This document shows, piece by piece, positions 40,702 to 50,423 of a stretch of DNA of 64,000 nt. Origin of the DNA: an uncultured Gammaproteobacteria bacterium (GTDB lineage: Bacteria; Patescibacteriota; Patescibacteriia; Magasanikbacterales; UBA922); NCBI GenBank assembly GCA_964565405.1, contig CAZMEW010000001.1, positions 59,637 to 123,636 of the forward strand. The letters run 5' to 3'. Numbering within the stretch: position 1 is the stretch's first letter; each line of letters opens with the position of its first letter. The position numbers were made by a program, and so were the translations under genes. The notes under the pieces were generated by a model that worked only from the letters and a program-made list of their open reading frames with translations, was not told the DNA's origin and made no database searches.

Positions 40702-40846
40702 GCTCCCGACCCCGGTCTAGAACACTGGAAATAACCAATCAACCGTGAGATTTTTAGGAGTCCAGTATACCATACTTCTGGACGGGGGTCGATCAGAGGG
40801 AAAAAGAGACAAATGAGACACTATAGAGGGGTCTTTTAGGACTGTC

Positions 40847-41728
40847 TCATTTTGACTGTTTTTCGAGGATCTCCTCCCTCTTTTTCTCAAGCTGTCCTGC
40901 TTCTAAAAGCATCTGAACGCCATTCGGAGTTTCATGCTTTTTAAGGATCGCTTCATACTCGTATTTGTCTTGCCCCTTATATCCCACTGGAATGCGTCGA
41001 ATATAGTTAGCTTCACTCCCGTTGATATAATGGAACATGTATTGATGGAATACTTGTCCAGAATCATCGGTAAAGTTCTCGAGCTTGGATGCAAAGCCAT
41101 TATCTATGTGTTGATTCATCGCAAGACAGAGAAACTCTTCTTTGCCTTTGCCATCTGCATGATCCCAGACTTCAGAGATAAGCTGTGCCCGCATCCAGAT
41201 AAAATCTCGATGCCCGTTGTTATTCATGAGTAATTCCCATGCTTGCTTACGCGCAGTTTCATTGTCACTAATAATCATCTGAATGAGCATGTTGTATATC
41301 TCATTGTATCCCATGCCTGCATATTTCCTGATCGCTGCTACACCTTTTTCATTATCCTCTCTAATTTTCTCCGCAAGAGTCGTGATTTCTTTGAATACTA
41401 CTCTATGTCTTTCTTTTTTCTCTTCAGCGGTTGCTTTGCGATGAAATACACCCCCAGGAGAATCGACGACGTATAAGAAGGCATCCTTTTTATATTCTTT
41501 AATTGAATGCGCTTCTACTTGATTAAAGGTAACAATAAAAAATGGGTTTACCTTGTCTAGGATATCTCGGTAGTTTTCGTACTCGGTATAATGAACTTCA
41601 CCAATATCGTATTCAGCGATGAGCTTAGTAAAGTACTCGTTTTCTTTGATCTGACGAGGCTTTGCTTGGGAAGTGTCTTTGAGAGGTGTGAATCCGATAA
41701 TAACCGTATGGATGGTAGGCATAGGCAT
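40847..41728 (-). CDS. hypothetical protein
   Basis: 293 aa, soluble, no motif I recognise. Confidence 0.4.
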   Translation of the reverse strand: MPMPTIHTVIIGFTPLKDTSQAKPRQIKENEYFTKLIAEYDIGEVHYTEYENYRDILDKVNPFFIVTFNQVEAHSIKEYKKDAFLYVVDSPGGVFHRKATAEEKKERHRVVFKEITTLAEKIREDNEKGVAAIRKYAGMGYNEIYNMLIQMIISDNETARKQAWELLMNNNGHRDFIWMRAQLISEVWDHADGKGKEEFLCLAMNQHIDNGFASKLENFTDDSGQVFHQYMFHYINGSEANYIRRIPVGYKGQDKYEYEAILKKHETPNGVQMLLEAGQLEKKREEILEKQSK

Positions 41729-41745
41729 ATATTAAGGATATATAC

Positions 41746-42228
41746 CTAGCTTATACCTGAAGGATTATTTTTTGCAATACATCTTTTTAAAAAAAGATAC
41801 ACGCTACTTACGACAAAAATGGAAATTATAATACTCCCCAAGATATCTAAAATATGATGTACTCCAGTCAAAATCCTTCCCACTCCTACCAATACTCCTA
41901 AAATAAGTAATAAGATGCCAACTTTTTTATTAACATAATAAACGCTTAATGCAAGAGTAAATACTAACAATGCATGTTCAGAGGGAAATCCATTGTTTGG
42001 GATATGAGAAACAAGTGGTAAAAAATTCCCTTCTACAAAAGGACGTGGGTTGATAATAAATATACTCAAAACCCTGCCAACCATAAAGGCAACTAACAAA
42101 GAAAGTATGGTTAAAAGTATGAATTGTAATCTTACCTTTTTTGGCGAAAACAAAATAAAAAGAAATGTTATTCCTATAACAATAAGATAAAGATATTTAG
42201 CTAGAAAAATAATTATACTTTCTGTCAT
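41746..42228 (-). CDS. PAP2 family membrane phosphatase
   Basis: PAP2 motifs present: INPRPF (KX6RP), GFPSEHA (PSGH) and GRILTGVHHILD (SRX5HX3D). Confidence 0.55.
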   Translation of the reverse strand: MTESIIIFLAKYLYLIVIGITFLFILFSPKKVRLQFILLTILSLLVAFMVGRVLSIFIINPRPFVEGNFLPLVSHIPNNGFPSEHALLVFTLALSVYYVNKKVGILLLILGVLVGVGRILTGVHHILDILGSIIISIFVVSSVYLFLKRCIAKNNPSGIS

Positions 42229-42233
42229 ACATA

Positions 42234-42449
42234 CTATGCCCCAAGCTTTACCTCATACCCTAATTTTTGAATAACTCCAAAAATAATTTCAATTGAAATA
42301 TTACTCTCATCAAACGTCACGTTCGTCTCATTTTTTGCATAACTTGTTTTAGATTCTTTCACACCCATATCTTCAAGCTCACCATCAATATTCATGGCAC
42401 AACTGGTACAATGCATGCCGTTAATTTTTAGTTTTATTGTTTTTTCCAT
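42234..42449 (-). CDS. copZ: copper chaperone CopZ-like HMA protein
   Basis: 71 aa with a GMHCTSCAMNI metal-binding motif. Confidence 0.8.
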   Translation of the reverse strand: MEKTIKLKINGMHCTSCAMNIDGELEDMGVKESKTSYAKNETNVTFDESNISIEIIFGVIQKLGYEVKLGA

Positions 42450-42450
42450 A

Positions 42451-43443
42451 CTATAAGATATTGATTACTCCCGTGTACATTCCCATACTACATGAGAACA
42501 CAAGTTTTCCTGGTTTGCTTGGGGCAGTAAATTCGACTACACCTTCTTCTCCTGGCGCCACGACTTTCTGTATACCAAGCTTAGGAATCGTAAATGACTG
42601 AGCACAAGTATACCCATTGATATTTTTTAAGTTTATTTTTACTTTTTCACCAGCTTTTACCGATAGACTTCTAGGGCTATATCCCGATGGGCCAATTTGA
42701 ATGGTAAGATCAGAATTTGAAGTAACTGTAGTAGAAGTTACAGGCTCTGAAGACAAATTTAGACTTGTTCCACTAAGTACAATCGCTCCTTTAAGATTGT
42801 AGAGTGCTAAGAGAATAATAGCGACAGCAGCTACTTTGAAGAACTTTTTTTGATATGCGTCACCAAGTTTGGTCGCAAAGTACCCAAGGATAAAAAACAG
42901 TGGTGAAGTTCCAAGTATAAAAGCAAAAAGTACTGCTGCACCGTACCATGGGCTTCCTGAGGCAATCGAGAGAGCCATCATACCCTGTGTAATGCCACAG
43001 GGAATAAATACCGTAAACGCACCAAGTAGGGCTGGCGCAAACATATCTTTACTCTTTGACTGATTTCGTACCAGACGCGTAAGGAATTTTGGTGGTTGAA
43101 TCACAAAATAACGAAAAAAAGGATGGACATTGAGAAGATTGAGAGCAGTACCGATCATAAAAATCGCAACTACAAACTGCATAATTGCTTGAGCCTTCAC
43201 TGAAAGCTGAAAAATTGATCCGAACCACCCAAGAAGGAAACCAAGTATTGTATAGGCGACAAGTTTTGCGGCAATAAAGAAAAGGATCGGCTTTGCATTT
43301 CCTTTATTAGCTCCTTCTTGCAGTCGTTCTTGTTCACGCTCAGCAATCGTGGTTGCCAGAAGTCCTCCTTGTACTGCGAGACACGTGAGTCCGCCGGTAA
43401 TCAGTCCTGTGAAAAAAATTACTAACAAATTTGATTGTCCCAT
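42451..43443 (-). CDS. DsbD_2/UreH-like permease fused to C-terminal cupredoxin-like domain
   Basis: TM core with FIPCGITQG (compare FLPCGFTQS in 15800..16807). C-terminal YTCAQSF...FSCSMGMYTGV is homologous to the separate ORF 16815..17210. Confidence 0.55.
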   Translation of the reverse strand: MGQSNLLVIFFTGLITGGLTCLAVQGGLLATTIAEREQERLQEGANKGNAKPILFFIAAKLVAYTILGFLLGWFGSIFQLSVKAQAIMQFVVAIFMIGTALNLLNVHPFFRYFVIQPPKFLTRLVRNQSKSKDMFAPALLGAFTVFIPCGITQGMMALSIASGSPWYGAAVLFAFILGTSPLFFILGYFATKLGDAYQKKFFKVAAVAIILLALYNLKGAIVLSGTSLNLSSEPVTSTTVTSNSDLTIQIGPSGYSPRSLSVKAGEKVKINLKNINGYTCAQSFTIPKLGIQKVVAPGEEGVVEFTAPSKPGKLVFSCSMGMYTGVINIL

Positions 43444-43453
43444 AGTGAAAATA

Positions 43454-45748
43454 TTATAATTTCATGCTTTTAATTCGGAGTGAATTCGTGACGACGGTCA
43501 CGCTTTCAAATGCCATAATCGCCCCAGCGATTGCAGGACTGAGTGTCCACCCAAAGAATGGGTAGAGAATGCCCGCTGCAACCGGAATGCCGAATGAGTT
43601 ATATGCAAATGACCAGGTCAGGTTCTGCCAAATCGTCTTATTAGTTCTTTGTGCCAGATGAATTGCTTCAGCGACTTTTACAATATCGCCCTTCAGAAGC
43701 ACAATGTCAGAGCTTTCGATTGCAATATCTGATCCATCACTCATAGAAATTGCAACATCAGCTTGGGCTAGTGCCGGAGCATCATTTACCCCGTCCCCAA
43801 TCATTGCTACTTTATGACCTTTCTTTTGCAACTCTTTAATGATATTTAGTTTATCTTCGGGCTGTACCCCGGCATAGACTTCATCAATGCCGAGACCTTT
43901 GGCAACGGCCTCACCAGTTGTTTTATTATCTCCTGTTGCCATGACAACTTTTAGTCCGAGTTTTTTGAGTTTGGTAATTTCTGCTTGAGCTTCTATTTTT
44001 ATTTGGTCATGAATTTTAATCAGTGAAAGCACTTCTCGGTCGTCTGAAAGATACAGCTCGCGACCTTTTTCAAAACGTGTACCATCAAAATCTTTTTGTA
44101 CGCTTGCTTCTGACTGTTTAATAACTTCAGCAATAAATGAACGAGAACCTAGATAATACTTTTTACCCTGATACTCTGCAGTCACTCCTTTACCCGCAAC
44201 CTCTACTACATGAGTAATCGGCAGCGCAGGTACCTTATTTTCTTTCATCCACGATGCGACACTTTCAGAAACCGGATGTTTTGAAGATTTGGTGATTGCG
44301 TAAATAAGTGATTGTTTGAACGAGATGTCCTTGAGATCGCACGTGTGATTTTTGTCTTTACAATACACCCCCTCAATTCCAAGTGTATTATGTGTAAGAG
44401 TTCCAGTTTTATCAAAGACAAGTGCCGTAACTTTGGCGAGTTTTTCCAAGCTTTCTGCGTTTTTGATAAGTATCCCTCGTTCAGCTCCTCGGCCAACACC
44501 GGTAATGATTGCGGTAGGAGTAGCAAGCCCGAGCGAGCACGGACATGCGATCACCAAGACAGCCATGGTAGTAGAAATCGCAAATGCTAGAGCGTGGGTT
44601 AATCCAAGAGTTGCGGGTCCGAATATCATCCATGATGCGAAGGTAATAACTGCAAGCCCAAGTACTACATAGACAAATATGCCAGATATTTTATCTGCAA
44701 TACGCTCAATCGGTGCTTTGGAGTTTTGAGCATTTTCAACAATAGAAATAATATGAGCCAAGGCAGTATCTTTCGGGTCTTTCGTAACTTTGATATGAAG
44801 TATTCCCTGAAAATTCTGTGTTCCTGCGAATACCGTATCTTTTGGTCCTTTGTCTACGGGAATTGATTCACCAGTTAAAGTTGCTTCATCAATCGAACTC
44901 GACCCCTCGATAATACTCCCATCAAGTGGAATGCGCTCATGTGGTTTTACAATAATAATATCTCCAATGGTTACTTTTTCAATTGAGACACTCATTTCTT
45001 TTCCCTTACGGATGACGGTTGCCGTTTTACTCGTAAGTCCTGCGAGTTTTTGTAGAGCATCATTTGTCTTTTTCTTTGCCCGATCTTCGAGATGTTGTCC
45101 AAGAGCAATCAGACCAATGACCACGATAACAACATCATAAAAATTAGAGGTAACATCAATATATGGCGCAAGAACGTTTTCAAACGCAGTTACGATAAAC
45201 GAATAGATAAAAGCGACGATAGTTGAAACACCGACCAGGGTATCCATGTTTGCAGTGCCGGTTTTTAGAAATATCCATACTGCTTTGATGTACTTTCTTC
45301 CAATACCAAATAACACAAACGAAGCGAAAATAGGCATCAGATGATGAAATACCTCATAAATGTTTTCTGACATCATGGGAATAATGTTGTTTTGTGAAAG
45401 TACTTCCCACAACATCATCACAAAAGAAAAGAATATCATCGGAATGACGAATTTCATTTCAAACCCCACATTTCCTTTTTCTGAAGCCGAACCTTCATGA
45501 TGATGCTCAGTACTAGTGGACATAGATTTTTCACCTACGTCTTCAAGGGTGTAGCCAAATGGAGAAATCACTCCCGAGAGTTTTACAGTATCCATAGGAG
45601 CTTCAGTAAAATTAACGATTGCTTTTTCTTGATTGAGTTTTACTGAAACAGAGGTGATCCCAGGAACTTTACGGAGTTTTCTTTCTATCAGCGACACACA
45701 ACTTGCGCAAGTCATGCCATTTACTTTATACACGTGCTCTACTGCCAT
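43454..45748 (-). CDS. copA: copper-translocating P1B-type ATPase
   Basis: HMA (GMTCASCVSLIE), CPCSLGLATP, DKTGTLT and [11 protein letters not shown] motifs. Confidence 0.9.
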   Translation of the reverse strand: MAVEHVYKVNGMTCASCVSLIERKLRKVPGITSVSVKLNQEKAIVNFTEAPMDTVKLSGVISPFGYTLEDVGEKSMSTSTEHHHEGSASEKGNVGFEMKFVIPMIFFSFVMMLWEVLSQNNIIPMMSENIYEVFHHLMPIFASFVLFGIGRKYIKAVWIFLKTGTANMDTLVGVSTIVAFIYSFIVTAFENVLAPYIDVTSNFYDVVIVVIGLIALGQHLEDRAKKKTNDALQKLAGLTSKTATVIRKGKEMSVSIEKVTIGDIIIVKPHERIPLDGSIIEGSSSIDEATLTGESIPVDKGPKDTVFAGTQNFQGILHIKVTKDPKDTALAHIISIVENAQNSKAPIERIADKISGIFVYVVLGLAVITFASWMIFGPATLGLTHALAFAISTTMAVLVIACPCSLGLATPTAIITGVGRGAERGILIKNAESLEKLAKVTALVFDKTGTLTHNTLGIEGVYCKDKNHTCDLKDISFKQSLIYAITKSSKHPVSESVASWMKENKVPALPITHVVEVAGKGVTAEYQGKKYYLGSRSFIAEVIKQSEASVQKDFDGTRFEKGRELYLSDDREVLSLIKIHDQIKIEAQAEITKLKKLGLKVVMATGDNKTTGEAVAKGLGIDEVYAGVQPEDKLNIIKELQKKGHKVAMIGDGVNDAPALAQADVAISMSDGSDIAIESSDIVLLKGDIVKVAEAIHLAQRTNKTIWQNLTWSFAYNSFGIPVAAGILYPFFGWTLSPAIAGAIMAFESVTVVTNSLRIKSMKL

Positions 45749-45749
45749 A

Positions 45750-46031
45750 TTACTTTCGTTTTAATTTATACACTTTTAAAACTTCTTCTTGTGCTTTACC
45801 AACCTGCCCTGAAGACATTTGATGATGCACACAATGCCCTAAATGATTTTCAAGGAGCGCATCTTCAACACCTGAAAGACCCTGCTTTACGGCAGATGTT
45901 TGAGTGATTACGTCTATGCAGTAGGTATCATTCTCAATCAACTTTTGTAGTCCACGAACTTGCCCTTCTATGAGTTTGAGACGACGAATTATTTTTGCTT
46001 TACTTTTTTCATTCATGTATTTCATATACAT
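45750..46031 (-). CDS. csoR: CsoR/RcnR family metal-sensing repressor
   Basis: 93 aa, about 85% identical to the first CsoR. Same YCIDV...H.HCVHHQM ligand context. Confidence 0.8.
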   Translation of the reverse strand: MYMKYMNEKSKAKIIRRLKLIEGQVRGLQKLIENDTYCIDVITQTSAVKQGLSGVEDALLENHLGHCVHHQMSSGQVGKAQEEVLKVYKLKRK

Positions 46032-46036
46032 CGTAG

Positions 46037-46055
46037 TATACCCCTAGGGGGTATA
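46037..46055. promoter_or_regulatory. putative CsoR operator palindrome upstream of csoR-II
   Basis: TATACCCC-TA-GGGGGTATA, 6 nt upstream of the csoR-II start codon. Same architecture as 13082..13099. Confidence 0.5.
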
Positions 46056-46361
46056 CTTATCAAAGCCAGGGGTGTGGACAACCCATATTTAACCAAAATC
46101 TAAAAAGTGCTATTATGAATTTACCAGTCCTTTTAACGGTTATTATATTGCAATCCCCCCTCGGGCTGACTCTAAAGGGTCGCTAAATGGGCGTACACTA
46201 CTAAGATTGTCACAATGGACAATTTCATAGAACAATCGCAAGACGAGGAAATATACAAGCTTAGCTTGTTATTTCTTTGATCTGCGATTTTAAAAAATCA
46301 ACTATCAAAAATACCAGGCTTTACTTAAGAGCCTGGTATTTTATTTCTAACTCACCCTGCT

Positions 46362-47633
46362 ATGCCCAAATTAGTTTGGCACACAGAAAAGCGTACGGTT
46401 AATGACCTTATACCTTACGAACAGAATCCTCGGACCTTGAGTGACACACAACTCAAAGGTTTGAAACGCAGTCTCACAAAGTTCAATCTCGTAGAAATTC
46501 CCGCAATTGATCTGGATGGCAAGATTCTTGCTGGTCATCAAAGAATAAAAGTATTGCAACTCTTGGGACGTGGAGATGAAGAAATCGAAGTACGTGTCCC
46601 TAGTCGAAAACTCTCTGAAGAAGAATTTCGAGATTATCTCTTAACTTCCAATCGCTCAGGTGGTTCCTGGGATTGGGAGAAGCTTGCGTCTGACTTTGAT
46701 TTACAGGAAATCCTCATTGCTGGATTTGATGCGGTCGACCTTGCAACTATCTTTGATAGTAACCTAACCATTCACGATGATGAATTCAATGAAGAGAAAG
46801 AATTGAAGAAGGCACAGAATACAAAGATTAAACCCGGAGACATGTTTGCATTAGGCAGACATCGGCTGATTTGTGGCAGTTCACTTGATCTCAGTGTAGT
46901 CAAAAGACTTATAGGTAATGCCCACGTTGATCTTATTAACACCGACACCCCATATAACATAAACCTAAGCTATGACAAAGGTGTTGGGAATCGGAGCAGC
47001 TATGGAGGATCAACAAAAGATAATAAGTCAGATGAGGAGTACCGGGTATTCGTTAAAACCATTATGGAGAATGCATTAGCTGTAGCGAAACCAGATTGTC
47101 ATGCATTCTTCTGGTGTGATGAGCGGTATGTCTGGTTATTCCAAGAACTGTACAAAGAACTCGGACTCGATTCAAAACGCTTATGTATCTGGATCAAGGA
47201 TAATGCGTCTCCCACACCGAACGTCGCATTTAACAAGGTAACTGAGTTTGCAGTATACGGAACCCGAGGAAGACCGTTTCTCGCGAAAGGTGTAACTAGC
47301 TACAATGAGATTCAGAACAAAGAAATGGGAACAGGTAATCAACTGACTGAAGACATATTGGATCAACTGAACATTTGGCTCATTAAACGACTGCCTGGTA
47401 ATCAATATTCACATCCCACTCAGAAGCCCCCTACTCTGCATGAAAAGGCTCTACGTCGTTGTAGTAAGCCAGGAGACATTGTACTCGATCTGACTGCTGG
47501 ATCAGGAAGTATTCTTTCAGCATGTGAACAGCTTAAACGAACCGCGTATCTCTGTGAGCTTGAACCCGTATTTTGTCAGCTCATAATAAACAGATTCAAA
47601 GCATTGACTAATCTTAATGTACAAAAGATATGA
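46362..47633 (+). CDS. ParB-like nuclease domain fused to beta-class N6A/N4C DNA methyltransferase
   Basis: N-terminal ParB/Srx-like region (LVEIPAIDLDGKILAGHQRIKV), then motif IV DTPYN followed by motif I LDLTAGSGS. The IV-before-I order indicates the beta class. Confidence 0.7.
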   Translation: MPKLVWHTEKRTVNDLIPYEQNPRTLSDTQLKGLKRSLTKFNLVEIPAIDLDGKILAGHQRIKVLQLLGRGDEEIEVRVPSRKLSEEEFRDYLLTSNRSGGSWDWEKLASDFDLQEILIAGFDAVDLATIFDSNLTIHDDEFNEEKELKKAQNTKIKPGDMFALGRHRLICGSSLDLSVVKRLIGNAHVDLINTDTPYNINLSYDKGVGNRSSYGGSTKDNKSDEEYRVFVKTIMENALAVAKPDCHAFFWCDERYVWLFQELYKELGLDSKRLCIWIKDNASPTPNVAFNKVTEFAVYGTRGRPFLAKGVTSYNEIQNKEMGTGNQLTEDILDQLNIWLIKRLPGNQYSHPTQKPPTLHEKALRRCSKPGDIVLDLTAGSGSILSACEQLKRTAYLCELEPVFCQLIINRFKALTNLNVQKI

Positions 47634-48061
47634 AACCATCTTCATCAATCGCTCGACGCCAAGCACGAGAAAAGCAAGCACTCCTTGAGCAACTTACTCG
47701 GACGCCAACGATCGAGGTTGCGTGCCAAAAAGTTGGTATTGCACGCGCAACCTTCTATCGCTGGAGAAAAGCAAGCAAACAGTTTGCTCAGGATGTAGAG
47801 GAAGCACAACAACGTGGTCGAGAGTTTATAACCGATGTTGCTGAATCCAATCTGATTGCACTCATCGGTGAAAAGAAGTTTGAAGCAATCAGACTATGGC
47901 TTACCAACCACTCACCTCGATTTGCGAATAAACTTGAATTATCTGGCACGGTGAATCATACGGATGTACCACTCACCAAAGAACAGAAAGCAATTGTGAG
48001 ACAAGCGCTTAAGTTATCTAGCCTTAACACCTATGAGGCAAAACCTCCAAAAACTCGTTGA
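47630..48061 (+). CDS. phage terminase small subunit-like HTH protein
   Basis: HTH segment IEVACQKVGIARATFYRWRK. Its end overlaps the start of the large-subunit gene, as in phage packaging modules. Confidence 0.5.
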   Translation: MKPSSSIARRQAREKQALLEQLTRTPTIEVACQKVGIARATFYRWRKASKQFAQDVEEAQQRGREFITDVAESNLIALIGEKKFEAIRLWLTNHSPRFANKLELSGTVNHTDVPLTKEQKAIVRQALKLSSLNTYEAKPPKTR

Positions 48062-49469
48062 GAAAGTACTGAAAGACCCAGATGTTCGACGTGCGGTTGT
48101 TACCAAAAATTTTGAATGGTTTTTCTCAATTTACTTTCATGCGTATATCAAATACGAAACTGCTCCGTTCCAGCGGGAGATCTTTCGTATTGCAGAAGAC
48201 CTGCGTACCCGACTCTCGGTTATTGTTGCATTCAGAGGCTCGGCAAAATCTACGATTATTACGACTGCCTATCCACTCTGGGCGATTCTTGGGGTGCAGA
48301 AAAAGCACTTTGTGGTTATCTTGAGCCAAACGCAAACCCAGGCACGACAACATCTAGCAAACATTAAATATGAACTGGAACAAAATGAGTTACTACGGAA
48401 AGATTTAGGACCATTCAAAGAAGAACCTCCTGATGAATGGGGTCGATCAGCGATTGTCATTCCTAAATACCGGGCAAAAATTATTGCAGCGTCAGTCGAA
48501 CAAAGTATTCGTGGTATCCGATACTTGGAGTATCGCCCTGACCTTATTATTGCTGACGATATTGAAGACTTAGACTCCGTACGAACGCTTGAGAGTAGAA
48601 ATAAAACATACGACTGGTTCAAGGGTGATGTGCTTCCTTCAGGAGACAAGAATCTCAAGACCATTATTGTAGGAAATCTATTGCATGAGGATTCAGTTTT
48701 AAAAAGACTGCAACAAGAGATTGAATCAGGCGTGCTTACCGGTATATACCGAGAATATCCCCTCGTAACCGATGAAGATACAATTTTATGGCCAGGTAAA
48801 TTTCCAACTATGCAAGACGTAGAGATCGAGCGAAAAAAATTCGGTAATGATCTTAGTTGGCATCGAGAATTCTTACTAAAGATACTCCCGAGCGATGGGC
48901 AAGTAGTGTATCATGAATGGATTCAGTATTATGATACTCTTCCTACGAACATGTATGCCGTATGGACAAAAACCGGCATTGATTTAGCAATTTCAAAACG
49001 AGATACTGCTGACTTTACCGCGATGGTTACGGGTACTCTGTATCGACGAGGTAACGAATTATTTCTCTACATCCATCCGTATCCCATTAATGAACGGATG
49101 GATTTCCCAGAAACCCTTGAGAAAGCAAAATTAGTAGCGGGTACCGGTAAAAGAAACGAACTCTTGATTGAAGAAGTGGCATACCAAACTTCATTGCATC
49201 AGCAATTAAGCAAAGAATGGTACTTTGCTCGAGGTGTTCAGACCCGTGGCTTAGATAAACGAACACGATTAGCCTACATCTCAAACTTCATCAAGAACGG
49301 CAATATCCTCTTCCCTGAGAAAGGATGCGAGACACTTATTGCCCAAATTGTCGGGTTTGGAGTGGAAAAACACGACGATCTTATGGATGCGTTTGTGATC
49401 CTCGTGAATGAGGCTATGAATCAACGGAGAGTGTTTCCGGGCTTTGTGGAGAAACCTGATCGAATTTAA
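48033..49469 (+). CDS. phage terminase large subunit
   Basis: Walker A-like RGSAKSTI, Walker B LIIADDIEDLD and a C-terminal RNaseH-like nuclease region with acidic residues (DDLMDAFV). Confidence 0.6.
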   Translation: MRQNLQKLVEKVLKDPDVRRAVVTKNFEWFFSIYFHAYIKYETAPFQREIFRIAEDLRTRLSVIVAFRGSAKSTIITTAYPLWAILGVQKKHFVVILSQTQTQARQHLANIKYELEQNELLRKDLGPFKEEPPDEWGRSAIVIPKYRAKIIAASVEQSIRGIRYLEYRPDLIIADDIEDLDSVRTLESRNKTYDWFKGDVLPSGDKNLKTIIVGNLLHEDSVLKRLQQEIESGVLTGIYREYPLVTDEDTILWPGKFPTMQDVEIERKKFGNDLSWHREFLLKILPSDGQVVYHEWIQYYDTLPTNMYAVWTKTGIDLAISKRDTADFTAMVTGTLYRRGNELFLYIHPYPINERMDFPETLEKAKLVAGTGKRNELLIEEVAYQTSLHQQLSKEWYFARGVQTRGLDKRTRLAYISNFIKNGNILFPEKGCETLIAQIVGFGVEKHDDLMDAFVILVNEAMNQRRVFPGFVEKPDRI

Positions 49470-49602
49470 GTTATCAACAACTTACCTGGACTTACTAAAG
49501 AGCATGCGTCATCAGTAAACCTGGAACAAAATATGGATTGACCGACCATGCTCTTTATAGTACACTTTTTGTGCTGCCTATATTAACTGAATTTTAACCA
49601 AA

Positions 49603-50391
49603 ATGGACGACTGTCTAACTGGCCAATTGTGCCTAGAGATGGACAGTCGTACCTCCACAATTGAGTCCTTTTGGGATTCAGTTAATGTGGGCAGCAGGTT
49701 CGGCTGTCCTTTTTTGTTTTTATACACACCCAAAGGTCGAAAATATACTCATTTTAATATAACTAATTCTATGGATGAGAAACGAACGTTTTTTAAGACT
49801 CCTACTGGCAAGTCAATAATCGTTATTATTATTCTAGCCATTGGATTCTTTGCGGGAATGGAATATAAGGCGTATCAGATACGATCAGTCATTAATAAGG
49901 CGGAAAAAGAAATCGGTGCTTTATTTACTGGAGGAACCACTACTGCTTCTGATGAAGAAACTAAAAAAGCTCCTGAGGAGGAAAAATTTATTGATAAAGC
50001 TGTAGGAGATGAAGTTACGTTGCGTACAGTAAAAATTCAAGTTAACAAATTCAAAGAACAGGAAGATATCTCAAATAGTTACGGTTCAATGAAGGTAGCT
50101 GCGAACGGAGCAAAGTTTGTGGTGATAACTATGACGGTAACTAATTTAACCAACTCGAGCATATCATTTGGTTCTGAACCATTCCCGCTCTTTGATAGTC
50201 AGGGACGAAAGTTCACGACGTATAGCGAAACTATTGGAAATATCGATAACTATCTTGATGTGGCAGATTTTGCACCAGGTATTCCAAAACAAGGTGTATA
50301 TGTGTACGAAGTACCTCTAGATTCAACAGGAATGTACATTGGAGCATCTAAAGCTGGGACAGACGAGGCGTACCGTATAAACTTAAGATAA
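49603..50391 (+). CDS. membrane-anchored DUF4352-like protein (probable start near 49770, MDEKRTFFK)
   Basis: TM anchor followed by a beta-rich domain (KFVVITMTVTNLTNSSISF...) resembling DUF4352 lipoproteins. Confidence 0.35.
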   Translation: MDDCLTGQLCLEMDSRTSTIESFWDSVNVGSRFGCPFLFLYTPKGRKYTHFNITNSMDEKRTFFKTPTGKSIIVIIILAIGFFAGMEYKAYQIRSVINKAEKEIGALFTGGTTTASDEETKKAPEEEKFIDKAVGDEVTLRTVKIQVNKFKEQEDISNSYGSMKVAANGAKFVVITMTVTNLTNSSISFGSEPFPLFDSQGRKFTTYSETIGNIDNYLDVADFAPGIPKQGVYVYEVPLDSTGMYIGASKAGTDEAYRINLR

Positions 50392-50423
50392 TACTACTTA
50401 AGAGCGACATAAAAAGCCAAGAT

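Noticed and set aside
48082-48664. cluster of 75-131-aa ORFs on both strands
   Set aside because: All are embedded in the terminase large-subunit gene and have Arg/Ser/Cys-rich low-complexity translations.
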